DNA from: Candidatus Enterousia sp.
GTDB taxonomy: Bacteria; Pseudomonadota; Alphaproteobacteria; Rs-D84
Direction of reading: 5' to 3'
Assembly: GCA_045593065.1 (NCBI GenBank)
Contig: JAZNVZ010000002.1
Coordinates: 71,183 to 135,182 of the forward strand
Length of the DNA stretch: 64,000 nucleotides
This document shows, one piece after another, positions 18,542 through 28,391 of this stretch. The position numbers were made by a program, and so were the translations under genes. Numbering within the stretch: position 1 is the first letter of the stretch; every line of letters starts with the position of its first letter. The notes under the pieces were generated by a model. The model did not search any database. It saw only the letters and a list, made by a program, of their open reading frames with translations, and had not been told where the DNA came from.

Positions 18542-19684
18542 TATGTCTGCGGCGTGGGCAGATGCCCATGCCCATTGCAAATTATATCCGCCCAAATCGC
18601 CCGCGATATCCAGCACTTCGCCAATAAAATACAGGTTTGGACATAATTTTGATTCCATTGTTCTTGATGATATTTGCGCTGTATCAATACCGCCACGCGT
18701 AACCTCGGCCAATTCCAATGTTTGCAAGGCAGGTTTTGCGATTTTTATATTTGCAATTTTGTCAGTAATGTCGCGTAGTTCGCTGTCGCGCCAATCAGCA
18801 ATGTTTCGCGTGTCGCCGTTTGTGATAAATTCTGCCACGCGTTCTGGCAATTTGGTGGCGAGTATTGTTTTTAACTGTTTTTTTCCGTTTGTTTTTTTAT
18901 TTTCGCGCAGCCAATCAAATATCTCTATGTTCGGCAATAAATTTATTGTAATGCCGTTCGATAAATCCCGCGCTGTTGCGCGATAAATCGCCGGGCCGCC
19001 CAATCCAAAATGCGTAAACAACATATCGTCATGGATTATATCGCGGTTGATTTTAATTTCGACCGGGATTGATATTCCAGATAACCCGGCATTAAAAAAA
19101 TCTGTCTTGATTGCGCACAGTGCAGGGCGAATTGGCACGATTTTATGCCCAAATTGTTTCGCAATTTTGTATCCAATGTCGCTGACCCCCAGGTTTGCAT
19201 AAGACATGCCGCCAGTTGCAACAACTAATTTGTGTGCAGAATATGTTGCGCCATTTATTGTCATTACAACGAATTTATTATCAATTTTGTGGACAGAATT
19301 CACAGTGGCGTTTGATAGAATTTTCGCGCCGTGCGCGTCTGTCAGTAATGCGTTGATAATTTTTGTAGATGATTCCGCAAAATATTGGCCAGGTGTTTTT
19401 TCATAAATTTTAATACCATGTGATTTTACCCAATCGACAGTATTTTGGGGTGTCCAACGTGCCAATGCGCCGCGTACAAAATCAGGGTTTTGCCCAAAAT
19501 AATGGGTGTGATTAGCACGCAAATTTGTAAAATTGCATTTGCCACCACCAGAAACACCAACCTTGCGCCCAGGTGTGGCACCCATATCCAGCACACACAC
19601 CGATTTACCGGCGGATACGGCACGCGCCGCTGCCATTAATCCGGATGCGCCTGCGCCAATAATAATAATGTCAAATGTGTTCAT
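18539..19684 (-). CDS. FAD-dependent flavoprotein, HI0933/YhiN-like family
   Basis: N-terminal dinucleotide-binding motif DIIIIGAGASGLMAA, 381 aa, family-typical length. Confidence 0.75.
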   Translation of the reverse strand: MNTFDIIIIGAGASGLMAAARAVSAGKSVCVLDMGATPGRKVGVSGGGKCNFTNLRANHTHYFGQNPDFVRGALARWTPQNTVDWVKSHGIKIYEKTPGQYFAESSTKIINALLTDAHGAKILSNATVNSVHKIDNKFVVMTINGATYSAHKLVVATGGMSYANLGVSDIGYKIAKQFGHKIVPIRPALCAIKTDFFNAGLSGISIPVEIKINRDIIHDDMLFTHFGLGGPAIYRATARDLSNGITINLLPNIEIFDWLRENKKTNGKKQLKTILATKLPERVAEFITNGDTRNIADWRDSELRDITDKIANIKIAKPALQTLELAEVTRGGIDTAQISSRTMESKLCPNLYFIGEVLDIAGDLGGYNLQWAWASAHAADI

Positions 19685-19776
19685 ACCACTGATTTTGGCA
19701 TAATAGGTCGCAAAAATAAAGCATTTTAATTTTTTGGCTTGCGTCCGTCAAAAAAAGGTGTAATAATCGCACCCGT

Positions 19777-19853
19777 GGGTTAGTAGCTCAGTTGGTTAGA
19801 GCGGAGCGCTCATAACGCTTTGGTCGTGGGTTCGAGTCCTACCTAACCCACCA
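19777..19853 (+). tRNA. tRNA-Met (anticodon CAT); elongator/initiator/Ile2 identity not resolved
   Basis: GGGTTAGTAGCTCAGTTGGTTAGAGC...anticodon loop CTCATAA...GGTTCGAGTCC...CTAACCCACCA; G1-C72 paired, so probably not initiator. Confidence 0.8.
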
Positions 19854-19859
19854 CAAAAA

Positions 19860-19886
19860 ATCGCACATGCTTTGTGCGTTTTTTTA
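19860..19886 (+). terminator. terminator after tRNA-Met
   Basis: cgcaca-tgcttt-gtgcg followed by T7. Confidence 0.55.
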
Positions 19887-19922
19887 TTTCTATTTTTAGT
19901 GTGTTTGGTATAGAATTGCGGT

Positions 19923-21194
19923 ATGACCGAATTAGTGCAAATTTTGAGTGATGTGCAAAAACAGGCGTTCAATACGATTGAACACACAAATTCTAATGTT
20001 TTAATTATGGGGCAGGCAGGCACCGGAAAATCTACATTTGTGAATTATTTAAAATCTGCATCGGCGAAACGCATTGTGTGTGCATGTCCTACGGCGGTCA
20101 GTGCGTTGAACATTGGTGGGCAAACAATTCACAGTTTGTTTCAAATTCAACCGCGTGATTTCATCATGCCTGAATTTTTGAAATTAAAGGCCAAAACACG
20201 AAATATATTGGCGGCAACAGATGTTTTGATTGTTGATGAAATATCTATGGTTGCGCCAGATTTGCTGGATGCAATGGATTTATTGGCGCGTCAGGCGCGG
20301 CGCAATAACGCACCGTTTGGCGGAATTCAAATTGTAGCAATCGGCGATTTGTACCAACTGCCGCCGGTAATTACAAATGACGCAACAAAATATTATAAGC
20401 AAGAATATGGTTTTGAAAATTCATATTTTTTCGATAGTCATGTATATGCCCGTGCGGATTTTTTGCGATTTTCTTTTAACCGGGTGTATCGTCAAAATGA
20501 TGGCGAATTGTTGGAAAATCTGGTGCGGTTGCGTGGCGGTGATTTAAATGCGCTGGAATTTTTTAATAAATGCAAAATTAATGACCCAGAATGTCGTGCT
20601 AATGCGGTATTAATCACACCTTATCGCGCAATGGCTGAAAACATCAACGCATCACGATTGCGGGAAATTAATGCACCAGAGTATGCTTTTACTGGTGAAT
20701 TGACTGGAAATTTTGTAGAAAAAGATGTGCCTGCGCCGATGCGTTTGGTATTAAAAGTTGGGGCTTTGGTTGTTTTTGTTAAAAACAGTGATAAATGGCA
20801 TAACGGTTCAATGGGTCGCGTTGTGGAAATTGGTGCGCGTGAAATTCGGGTGCAATTATTGGATACATCGCGAACGATTGTGTCTGTACGACCTGAAAAA
20901 TGGGAAAAAATTGAATATGTGCGTGATGATAATGACCGGTTAACCGAACATGAAATTGGTTCGTATAAACAATTCCCGTTGAATTTGGGGTACGCCATGA
21001 CAATTCACAAGGCGCAAGGAAAAACCCTGGATGCGGTGGTGGTTGATATTTCGCGTGGCGCGTTTGCACATGGCCAGACCTATGTCGCGTTATCACGGAC
21101 ACGCGCTGCGTGCGATATGCATGTGGCAAACATGTTGCGTCCACGCGATGTTATTTTTGATAAACGCGTTCTGGATTTTATGAACGCAGAATAA
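19923..21194 (+). CDS. PIF1/RecD-like superfamily 1 DNA helicase
   Basis: Walker A GQAGTGKST, DExx-like LIVDEISMV, conserved helicase motifs through the C-terminus; 423 aa. Confidence 0.75.
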   Translation: MTELVQILSDVQKQAFNTIEHTNSNVLIMGQAGTGKSTFVNYLKSASAKRIVCACPTAVSALNIGGQTIHSLFQIQPRDFIMPEFLKLKAKTRNILAATDVLIVDEISMVAPDLLDAMDLLARQARRNNAPFGGIQIVAIGDLYQLPPVITNDATKYYKQEYGFENSYFFDSHVYARADFLRFSFNRVYRQNDGELLENLVRLRGGDLNALEFFNKCKINDPECRANAVLITPYRAMAENINASRLREINAPEYAFTGELTGNFVEKDVPAPMRLVLKVGALVVFVKNSDKWHNGSMGRVVEIGAREIRVQLLDTSRTIVSVRPEKWEKIEYVRDDNDRLTEHEIGSYKQFPLNLGYAMTIHKAQGKTLDAVVVDISRGAFAHGQTYVALSRTRAACDMHVANMLRPRDVIFDKRVLDFMNAE

Positions 21195-21216
21195 TCTGTT
21201 GCAGGTTGCGGAAAAA

Positions 21217-22291
21217 TTATTGCATTTTTTGCAGATACGCCAACATAAATTCGTCTAAATCCCCGTCCAATACAGCAGTTGAATCTGTGTTTTCTACATT
21301 GGTACGAACATCTTTGATTAATTGATATGGGTATAAAACATAGTTTCTAATTTGACTGCCCCATTCAATTTTCTTTTGTGCAGCCAATGCGGCATTTTCT
21401 TCGGCCTCGCGCTTTTTTAATTCCAGTTCGTACAGGCGGCTGCGTAATATTTTCATTGCCATATCTTTGTTTTGAAATTGGCTGCGTTCGTTTTGGCATG
21501 TAACCACAGTATTCGTTGGGATATGCGTAATACGAACCGCGCTGTCTGTTTTATTAACATGTTGTCCGCCAGCACCCGAAGAACGATATGTGTCAATACG
21601 CAAATCTTTGTCGTTGATTTCAATTTCAATATTGTCGTCAACATCAGGCCAAACATCCACAGATGCAAAACTGGTCTGGCGTTTGCCATTGGCATTAAAC
21701 GGAGAAATGCGAACCAGTCGGTGTACGCCGATTTCGCCCCTTAACCAACCGTATGCATTATCGCCGTCAATTTTTATTGTTGTGCTTTTTAATCCAGCAA
21801 CATCCCCAGGGTGTTCGTCAACAGTTGTGCAAGAAAACCCGTGACGTTCTGCCCATCTGGTGTACATGCGTGCCAACATTTGTGCCCAATCCATGGCCTC
21901 GGTCCCGCCTGCGCCGGCCTGGATAAATACAAATGCGTTGTTTTTGTCGTTTTTACCATTGAATAATGTGATAAATTTTGCGTGTTTTGCGCGCACAGAC
22001 AAAGATTCAATCGCATTAATAACATCTGGGTCATCGGGGGCCATTTGATATAAATCAACCAGGTTGTTATAATCTGTTTCTAACGCTAAAAAATCAGCCA
22101 ATGTTTTTTCCAGACCAGATTTTTTTTGTAATAACAAACGCGCAGAATCAGGGTCATTCCATAAATTTTCGTCTGCGGTCTTGTCGTTTAATTGTGCAAT
22201 TTCAGCCCGTAAATTATCAGGGTCAAAGAAACCCCCTTAACGCGCTAATGTCGTTTTGAATTTGGGACAAGATGTCATTTTGTATTATCAT
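21217..22291 (-). CDS. prfB: peptide chain release factor 2 with programmed +1 frameshift
   Basis: GGQ motif (SGAGGQHVNKTDSAVRITHIPT); short ORF1 (MIIQNDILSQIQNDISALRGFL) ends at the CTT TGA C shift site preceded by internal SD AGGGGG; the +1 frame continues DPDNLRAEIAQ... into the long ORF. Confidence 0.85.
22222..22237 (-). promoter_or_regulatory. RF2 autoregulatory +1 frameshift site (AGGGGG TTT CTT TGA C)
   Basis: Minus-strand sequence AGGGGGTTTCTTTGAC 22 codons into prfB; canonical SD-assisted CUU UGA C motif. Confidence 0.8.
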
Positions 22292-22391
22292 CTGGGTGGT
22301 ATGTTATCAATTTAGTTTTACAAATCAATAAATAATTGCATTTGTTGCCAGAATATGATAAAATCACTTTATAAGTGAGAGAGGCCTGTAT

Positions 22392-23657
22392 ATGAAAAAT
22401 ATCATTGCTTTGTGTGGTTTGTTGGGATTTGTATTATGTGCGCATGATGCGCTGGGGGTTGGTGTTGTTGGCGGTGTATCTAATTCTGGGGATGCCAACA
22501 CCAGTCGGGGCAGTTCGTTAATCACCAGTCCAAATACGGGTTCAAATGGTGTGCGTGGCAACCAGGCAATCGCATCTGCGTATAAACAGGCACAATTACG
22601 GAATTTTTATATCACAACCCAGGTTGATGTGGAAAGTGCATGTACAGAAAAATTTATGAAATGTTTGACTGAATTTTGTGGCGGGACGGTTGTAACTGCT
22701 GGGGTGGTGCAAAATCGTTGTCAATATGTTGATCAAAATGATTTGTACAACTATGCATTACTATGTGTGCAGAGTGATACAACCAGATTATTGCCACAAT
22801 ACGATGTTAATTCCGCACGCAGCAGCGGACCGATGAATACGGCGGCCCAGTTATGCCCACCATACGCATCATCCAGTGTGATGACTTATTTGTCCATGGC
22901 CAATATGGCAGACCAATTATCCAAGGCCAGTTCGAATTTATGTATCCAAAGACGTCAAGAATTACAGGCCGCAATGTCTTGTCATTCTGCGGCATTGACA
23001 TACGGGAACGAAACCACCAGTAAATTGGTTTCTCATTTGACAGATTATTGTGGTTCTGGGGTGCCAGGTGGGTCCGCAGAAATGGTGTCGCGGTTTGCAA
23101 ATGCCGGGAACATAGGCGCAAATGTTTGGGGATGGGCGGAAAAAATCGTATCTTTGGATGTTAATTCCAAGGGTGCAGATTGGCAGGCCGCGATGGATAA
23201 TGTTTTGGTTGGATATACGAATCGCATGAATTTGGCGTGTGGTGATAATTTACAGGTAAATACAGGAACACAAACTGTATCTACGACTGGGACAACGGCA
23301 TTGTTAACAGCGGCGGCATTGGTGGGAAATACTGTTGGAAATTCTGGAAATGCTGGCGCACAATATAACAATCCAAATGCGTATCAATCATTGTGGATGG
23401 ATGTTCTGTCAAATTATAATATATTGGATTCAAATACCGCAACCCAGGTTGTTAACGCGGCATTGGTGAATACTGCATTGACATCAAATCCATTTTTAAC
23501 CAGTGCCCAAATGACACAAATGCAAGATGCATACAAACGTGGCACCAAGGTTTTCATCATTCGTGATGGTGTTCGTTGCTTTATTGTTCCTGTGCAAACA
23601 TTGACAGACAGTGAAACATCTATGGTTGCGACACAGTTTTCTACATGCAGAAAATAA
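22392..23657 (+). CDS. secreted protein (signal peptide, Cys-motif domain, Gly/Thr/Asn-rich), hypothetical
   Basis: Signal peptide MKNIIALCGLLGFVLCAHDALG; CTEKFMKCLTEFCGG motif; no enzymatic motifs. Confidence 0.55.
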   Translation: MKNIIALCGLLGFVLCAHDALGVGVVGGVSNSGDANTSRGSSLITSPNTGSNGVRGNQAIASAYKQAQLRNFYITTQVDVESACTEKFMKCLTEFCGGTVVTAGVVQNRCQYVDQNDLYNYALLCVQSDTTRLLPQYDVNSARSSGPMNTAAQLCPPYASSSVMTYLSMANMADQLSKASSNLCIQRRQELQAAMSCHSAALTYGNETTSKLVSHLTDYCGSGVPGGSAEMVSRFANAGNIGANVWGWAEKIVSLDVNSKGADWQAAMDNVLVGYTNRMNLACGDNLQVNTGTQTVSTTGTTALLTAAALVGNTVGNSGNAGAQYNNPNAYQSLWMDVLSNYNILDSNTATQVVNAALVNTALTSNPFLTSAQMTQMQDAYKRGTKVFIIRDGVRCFIVPVQTLTDSETSMVATQFSTCRK

Positions 23658-23679
23658 TAATTGTGCAAAATACGATGAA

Positions 23680-23712
23680 ATGCCGCCCGAAAGTTTGGGC
23701 GGTATTTTTTTA
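23680..23712 (+). terminator. rho-independent terminator after the 22392 ORF
   Basis: gccgccc-gaaagttt-gggcggt followed by T7. Confidence 0.6.
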
Positions 23713-23759
23713 TGTGTACACTTGTTTTATTGGTCAAAATTTGGTATAATAATCATATT

Positions 23760-24911
23760 ATGAAGGTATCAAGACGAACGCTTTTGAAAATGTCTGGGGT
23801 TGGTGTTGCGGCATTTACAATGTTGCCGCGTGTCGCATTTGCGGGTCGAAATTCTGTTTTGTCGTTGCGCACAGGAAACCAACCAGGTGGAAAAACGCGT
23901 TTGGTAATTGAAACATCTGCGCGGCCATCTTATGATTTGTCATATCCTGCGAATCAATTAATTGTATCGTTGCCAAATACTGTGGCGGGTGGTGTTGCGC
24001 CAAAATTGGCTGATGGAACATTGGTGAAAAATTTACGCCAGGTGCAAAATGGCGACAAATTACAGATTGTCGCAGATTTGCGCGGTAATGTTGTGCCGAT
24101 TGAAAAATCTGGGGTTATGATTTTATCTCCAAATGGCGACAGTGAATATCGTTTAGTATTTGATTTTGTTGGTGGGGCATCTGGGGCATCTGGAACGGCG
24201 GGCGGAACAACGGCAAAATCTGCAACGCCGGCAAAAAAATATGTCGTCGTGATTGATGCAGGCCATGGTGGCAAAGACCCTGGGTGCATTGGCAAGGGTG
24301 GTACCCAGGAAAAAACAATCGTATTGTCTGTGGCCCGAAAATTAAAGCGCGAATTAGATGCGATTGGATTTAAAACATATTTAACACGCAGTGATGATAC
24401 TTACTTAAAATTAGGGGACAGGGCGGCGATTGCCGAAAAACGGCATGCTGATTTGTTTTTGTCGCTGCATGCCAATGCGAACCCCAGTCGACAAACCCGT
24501 GGATATTCAGTTTATACATTGTCTGAAAAGGCATCGGACGAAGAGGCACGCAAATTAGCGGAAACAGAAAACGCGGTTGATAAAATCGGGGTTGAAGGGT
24601 TTGCTGGGTTTTCCAAAGAAATCCGTGTGGCATTATCGTCTTTGCAACAACGCGCGGTGGCGGAATTGTCCGAAGAGTATGCGTCAACATGTGCGCGTGC
24701 CATGAATAATGCGGACATTGCCCGTTTGCCGGGGCCAAACATTCGTCATGCGCCGTTCGCGGTTTTGCGTTCGACTGTGCCTGGGGCTTTGATTGAATTA
24801 GGACATTTATCGAATGTTGCCGAAGAAAAATTATTAAAATCGGATGCGCACCAAAACAAATTGGTTCGTGCGATTGTAAAATCTGTAAAAAATTATAATT
24901 TTGATGTTTAA
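23760..24911 (+). CDS. amiC: N-acetylmuramoyl-L-alanine amidase (Amidase_3, AmiC-like) with Tat signal
   Basis: Twin-arginine signal MKVSRRTLLKMSGVGVAAFTMLPRVAFA; N-terminal AMIN-like domain; catalytic domain VVIDAGHGGKDPG...SLHANA. Confidence 0.85.
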   Translation: MKVSRRTLLKMSGVGVAAFTMLPRVAFAGRNSVLSLRTGNQPGGKTRLVIETSARPSYDLSYPANQLIVSLPNTVAGGVAPKLADGTLVKNLRQVQNGDKLQIVADLRGNVVPIEKSGVMILSPNGDSEYRLVFDFVGGASGASGTAGGTTAKSATPAKKYVVVIDAGHGGKDPGCIGKGGTQEKTIVLSVARKLKRELDAIGFKTYLTRSDDTYLKLGDRAAIAEKRHADLFLSLHANANPSRQTRGYSVYTLSEKASDEEARKLAETENAVDKIGVEGFAGFSKEIRVALSSLQQRAVAELSEEYASTCARAMNNADIARLPGPNIRHAPFAVLRSTVPGALIELGHLSNVAEEKLLKSDAHQNKLVRAIVKSVKNYNFDV

Positions 24912-24952
24912 TTGTTGAAATTAAAAAGAAAATATATATAATCGACCCATAC

Positions 24953-25043
24953 GGAGATGTGGCAGAGCTGGTTGAATGCGCGCGACTCGAAATCGCGTAT
25001 ACGGGCGACCGTATCGGGGGTTCGAACCCCTCCATCTCCGCCA
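24953..25043 (+). tRNA. tRNA-Ser (anticodon CGA)
   Basis: GGAGATGTGGCAGAGCTGGTTGAATGC...anticodon loop CTCGAAA...long variable arm...GGTTCGAACCCCTCCATCTCCGCCA; 91 nt. Confidence 0.85.
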
Positions 25044-25191
25044 GGAATAAAAAGGCACGCGATTTATTGCGTGTATTTTTATTCGTGTGATGTTTTGGGT
25101 TCGAACCAACGAGTGGGGGTTCGAACCGTAGCAAAAAGGCGGAATAACGCCGGTTTGCCCACAGGGCAAATTTTGCAAGGTGGCGAAGCAC

Positions 25192-25208
25192 CCCCTCCAT
25201 CTCCGCCA
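25192..25208 (+). repeat. 17 bp direct repeat of the tRNA-Ser(CGA) 3' end (cccctccatctccgcca), 149 bp downstream of the gene
   Basis: Exact copy of tRNA positions 25027-25043; the intervening 148 bp also contains T-arm-like fragments (gggttcgaacc x2). Confidence 0.7.
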
Positions 25209-25368
25209 TCCGCTTTCGGGTTTGCCCACAAAATTTTTCAAATTTTGCGGGGGCCCGTTTTCGCTATAGCGAGATTGCATCCAGCAAGAAATAATATGCG
25301 ATTTTTTGTATTTGTTTTGTGTTTTGAAATGTGATAAAATATTGTTGTATATAGATGGGGGGGGATTT

Positions 25369-26247
25369 ATGAAAAATTATATTGTTATCTGTGTGTTGTG
25401 TGGTTTGATGTTGCCTGCATTTGGTGCAAATCGTTCTATGATTGCGGCGGCGCCAGCCGGCAACGACAGTGTTCGTGCCACCGCCATCAAGAATAATCAA
25501 TTTGTAATAAACAACAAATCAAATGACAATGTTAAATCGTCTGTGCGCAAACAACATGGTGTTGCCGTTTTATCTGCGGTGCCTGTGGATGAAACCCCGG
25601 GTGTCAGTGTGGTTGATGATGACCCACGGCCTGCGGATTCGCGTATATTAGAAAATGCCACGAAACGCGCCGCGTGTGTTGATAATAATGTTGGCGCATC
25701 AAACACATTTGTGTGGGCATCCCGTAACAGCAATACATCCAGTTATTCAACAATGATAGAAGATACAGAAAATCCTGAAAATAATGTTTGTTTTGTCGCG
25801 GTTTCTATGCAGTCCAAGGATTCACGTGTAAATATTTCTGATATCCAACCGCGTTATTTTGCAATGGGTGATGTGGTAAATTGCGGGTCTTGGGTTGACC
25901 AGGGTGTTTTAGAAAAACGCATTCTTGACGGCAAAAAAACGGTTCGTGTGTTGTCTGCGGTTGGCGCGGCGGTTGGTGGTGCGGCATTGGGTGTCGGCGC
26001 GATGGAGGCATTTGGAAACAAACTGTTGGCAAAAAATGATAGTTTGTCGGGATTAGAAGGACAAAGAGCGTTGGATGATGATAATTTGTTGGTTTCCAGG
26101 TTGTTGTCCGTCAAAGGGTCGGATGATTATAACAAAGTATATCAGGCCATAGAAACGCTTGCAGACGGTTGTAAAAGCTCGAACGATGGTGTGTGCGCAA
26201 AACACAACTGGAATCAAATAAAATCTCAGTTGGATAGCAGACAATAA
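25369..26247 (+). CDS. secreted hypothetical protein
   Basis: Signal peptide MKNYIVICVLCGLMLPAFGA; Gly/Ala-rich hydrophobic segment; no motifs. Confidence 0.5.
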   Translation: MKNYIVICVLCGLMLPAFGANRSMIAAAPAGNDSVRATAIKNNQFVINNKSNDNVKSSVRKQHGVAVLSAVPVDETPGVSVVDDDPRPADSRILENATKRAACVDNNVGASNTFVWASRNSNTSSYSTMIEDTENPENNVCFVAVSMQSKDSRVNISDIQPRYFAMGDVVNCGSWVDQGVLEKRILDGKKTVRVLSAVGAAVGGAALGVGAMEAFGNKLLAKNDSLSGLEGQRALDDDNLLVSRLLSVKGSDDYNKVYQAIETLADGCKSSNDGVCAKHNWNQIKSQLDSRQ

Positions 26248-26264
26248 CATACGGAGGAAATGAT

Positions 26265-27014
26265 ATGTCTATCAAAAAATTTATGGTTTTAGCAATTTTA
26301 TTGACACCGTGTGTTGGTATTAATGCCGCAAACGCCGCAAACTTGAAGTTTAATGATAACACGAGTGCGAATACCAAGAACGGGTTTTATTATATTTATG
26401 ACCTTAATGAAAAAAGTAATGTGACCGGTGTGTATGATGAATATGGTGGCAAGCAGACAAAATATAAGAATAGTGGCTTGGTACAAACTTGTAATGGTCA
26501 AAATTTAAGATATTACAACGATTGGGAAAAATATGCGAGTGCGGTTGTTATTGATTATGACTGCACAATTTACTACCACTGCAATAACCAAGAATCAGGG
26601 CAAGGCGACAGCGCATTTTTTAACGGCGCAGATTGCTGGCCGTCTTGTGAAGGTATGACAACCAAGGATAAATCTGGTTCGTCTTCATCATCATCTGGGG
26701 GTGATGCGACTGGTACTAGCACACCATCAGCCAACCAGGAATCACCATTGGTACGCGCGGCGGAGATAGTTGATAATTTTTCAAATGGTTTTGGTAAGGC
26801 CAATCAGTGGGTAAATGCGGATGGTGGTTTTAATACTGCGCGTTTGGTGTCTGATTCTGTTGCGGGTGTGCTGTTGGGTAGTGCAGGCGGCGTTATAACC
26901 GGTGTGGTTGTTAAAAAGAATCAGGTGAAAAAAGGATTCGAAGATATTTCTTGCAGTGTCGGTGGACAGATTTTGGGTAATTATGGTGATGATATTCGTA
27001 TCAGTAATCAATAA
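26265..27014 (+). CDS. secreted hypothetical protein with Ser-rich linker
   Basis: Signal peptide MSIKKFMVLAILLTPCVGINAANA; several Cys; SSSSSGGD linker. Confidence 0.5.
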   Translation: MSIKKFMVLAILLTPCVGINAANAANLKFNDNTSANTKNGFYYIYDLNEKSNVTGVYDEYGGKQTKYKNSGLVQTCNGQNLRYYNDWEKYASAVVIDYDCTIYYHCNNQESGQGDSAFFNGADCWPSCEGMTTKDKSGSSSSSSGGDATGTSTPSANQESPLVRAAEIVDNFSNGFGKANQWVNADGGFNTARLVSDSVAGVLLGSAGGVITGVVVKKNQVKKGFEDISCSVGGQILGNYGDDIRISNQ

Positions 27015-27049
27015 AATATAACAATATAAACACTGTATTTTAATGTTTT

Positions 27050-27084
27050 TGTTCTGCCCCAACCATAGGGCAGAATTTTTTTTA
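27050..27084 (+). terminator. rho-independent terminator
   Basis: ttctgcccc-aaccata-gggcagaa followed by T8. Confidence 0.65.
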
Positions 27085-27196
27085 GCAATTCCGCACAAGT
27101 GGTAGAGCGCACAAACAGGCAGAGTATTAATAATCTTGACAATATATATATTTGTGCTATTTTTGACAAAAAGAACCCAAAAAAAAGGATGCAAAT

Positions 27197-28237
27197 ATGA
27201 AATCCAAAAAAACAATTTTTACTGTTGGCATGGCGACATTATTGTCTGTGGTGACAGCTAATTCTAAAAACCGCACAGAAAACATAGCAACGCCTGAACC
27301 TGTGCGTAATACAGTTGTTGAACCCCGCGATACGGTGGCGGCGGCCAATGATTCTGTGATTTATAATGCGGCAAATGAAAAATCAACCGATGTGTCGGGT
27401 GTAAAACCGCGCATTGTTAAAACCCAGGCAGATGTATTACACAATAAAATTGTACAATCTGCAAAACCCATTATTATTGATGCTTTACAAGATTTAGAGC
27501 GTGTTTTGGCGTCTTATTCGTTGAACATAGATTGGAATGCGCAACGCGCAGAATTGATGAATATTTTGTCGCCATACGGCGAAGATTTAGATACGCCAAA
27601 TCGTGAAAGCGCGCGTTTGTTTGAATATGCGTGGAATCAAAATGAATTCTTGCGCGTATTGTTGCAGAAAAACAAAGTGTTCAGTAAATATGATGAACGC
27701 ACCCAGGCAGAAATTCAACGGTTTGTGATTCGTTGGTATGTTGGGACTATGCGCGAATTAAAACAAAACAGGGTGGCGTTATCTAAACAATTTGCAGAAT
27801 ATTATCCTGTGTTGAATTTGGATGATGTTCCCCAAGATTTACAAAAATTGTTTGCGGATTATGACCCTGCGGTTATGCAAAACGGCAACAAAATTTCGTA
27901 TGGTTATAAAAAATTATCAAATGCGCCTGTGTCTATTGAACGCAAAATAACCGTACGCAGTGGGAATATAAATCCTGCATTCTTTAATGTTGATAGCGCA
28001 AATTATGAATTAATATCTGTGGGAAAATACAGATGGCAAGTGTCCAGAACATTGGGCAATACGGTTGAAACATCGCCGGCGTTTTATTGTGCGGCTGATT
28101 TTGATACAGTATGGACATTTGGCGCACGCGATAATAGTTTTGTTGCCACCGCATATGGCGCAAAACCAGGTGTGCAAATATCTGTGTCTAATGTTTTATA
28201 TCAACGCGCTGCAACAAAAAATGACAAAGTGCGTTAA
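27197..28237 (+). CDS. secreted hypothetical protein (346 aa)
   Basis: Signal peptide MKSKKTIFTVGMATLLSVVTANS; no recognisable catalytic motifs. Confidence 0.5.
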   Translation: MKSKKTIFTVGMATLLSVVTANSKNRTENIATPEPVRNTVVEPRDTVAAANDSVIYNAANEKSTDVSGVKPRIVKTQADVLHNKIVQSAKPIIIDALQDLERVLASYSLNIDWNAQRAELMNILSPYGEDLDTPNRESARLFEYAWNQNEFLRVLLQKNKVFSKYDERTQAEIQRFVIRWYVGTMRELKQNRVALSKQFAEYYPVLNLDDVPQDLQKLFADYDPAVMQNGNKISYGYKKLSNAPVSIERKITVRSGNINPAFFNVDSANYELISVGKYRWQVSRTLGNTVETSPAFYCAADFDTVWTFGARDNSFVATAYGAKPGVQISVSNVLYQRAATKNDKVR

Positions 28238-28391
28238 TGTGTAAAACAAATTGTTGAATAATACCGCCAGATTTCCTGGCGGTATTTTTTGTGTGTTGTA
28301 TGGTATTATTTTACCATATCAATTTTTCTTGACTTTTTTGCGGGGTTGGGGCATAATGCTGTCAGTTTAAAACAAACAAAGGGTTAAACAA

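Noticed and set aside
18081-18986. ORFs 18081-18575 (-) and 18474-18986 (+) overlapping tRNA-Arg and the flavoprotein gene
   Set aside because: They run through a tRNA gene and its repeat scar, or are antisense to the well-supported 18539-19684 gene.
19777-19853. Possibility that tRNA-Met(CAT) is the initiator tRNA
   Set aside because: Position 1-72 is a G-C pair rather than the C-A mismatch typical of bacterial initiators. Three G-C pairs in the anticodon stem are present but not sufficient, so identity is left unresolved.
24370-25334. ORFs 24370-25209 (-), 24921-25280 (-) and 24957-25334 (+) across tRNA-Ser(CGA)
   Set aside because: They overlap the tRNA and the amidase 3' end and have no SD or motifs. 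They are likely spurious.
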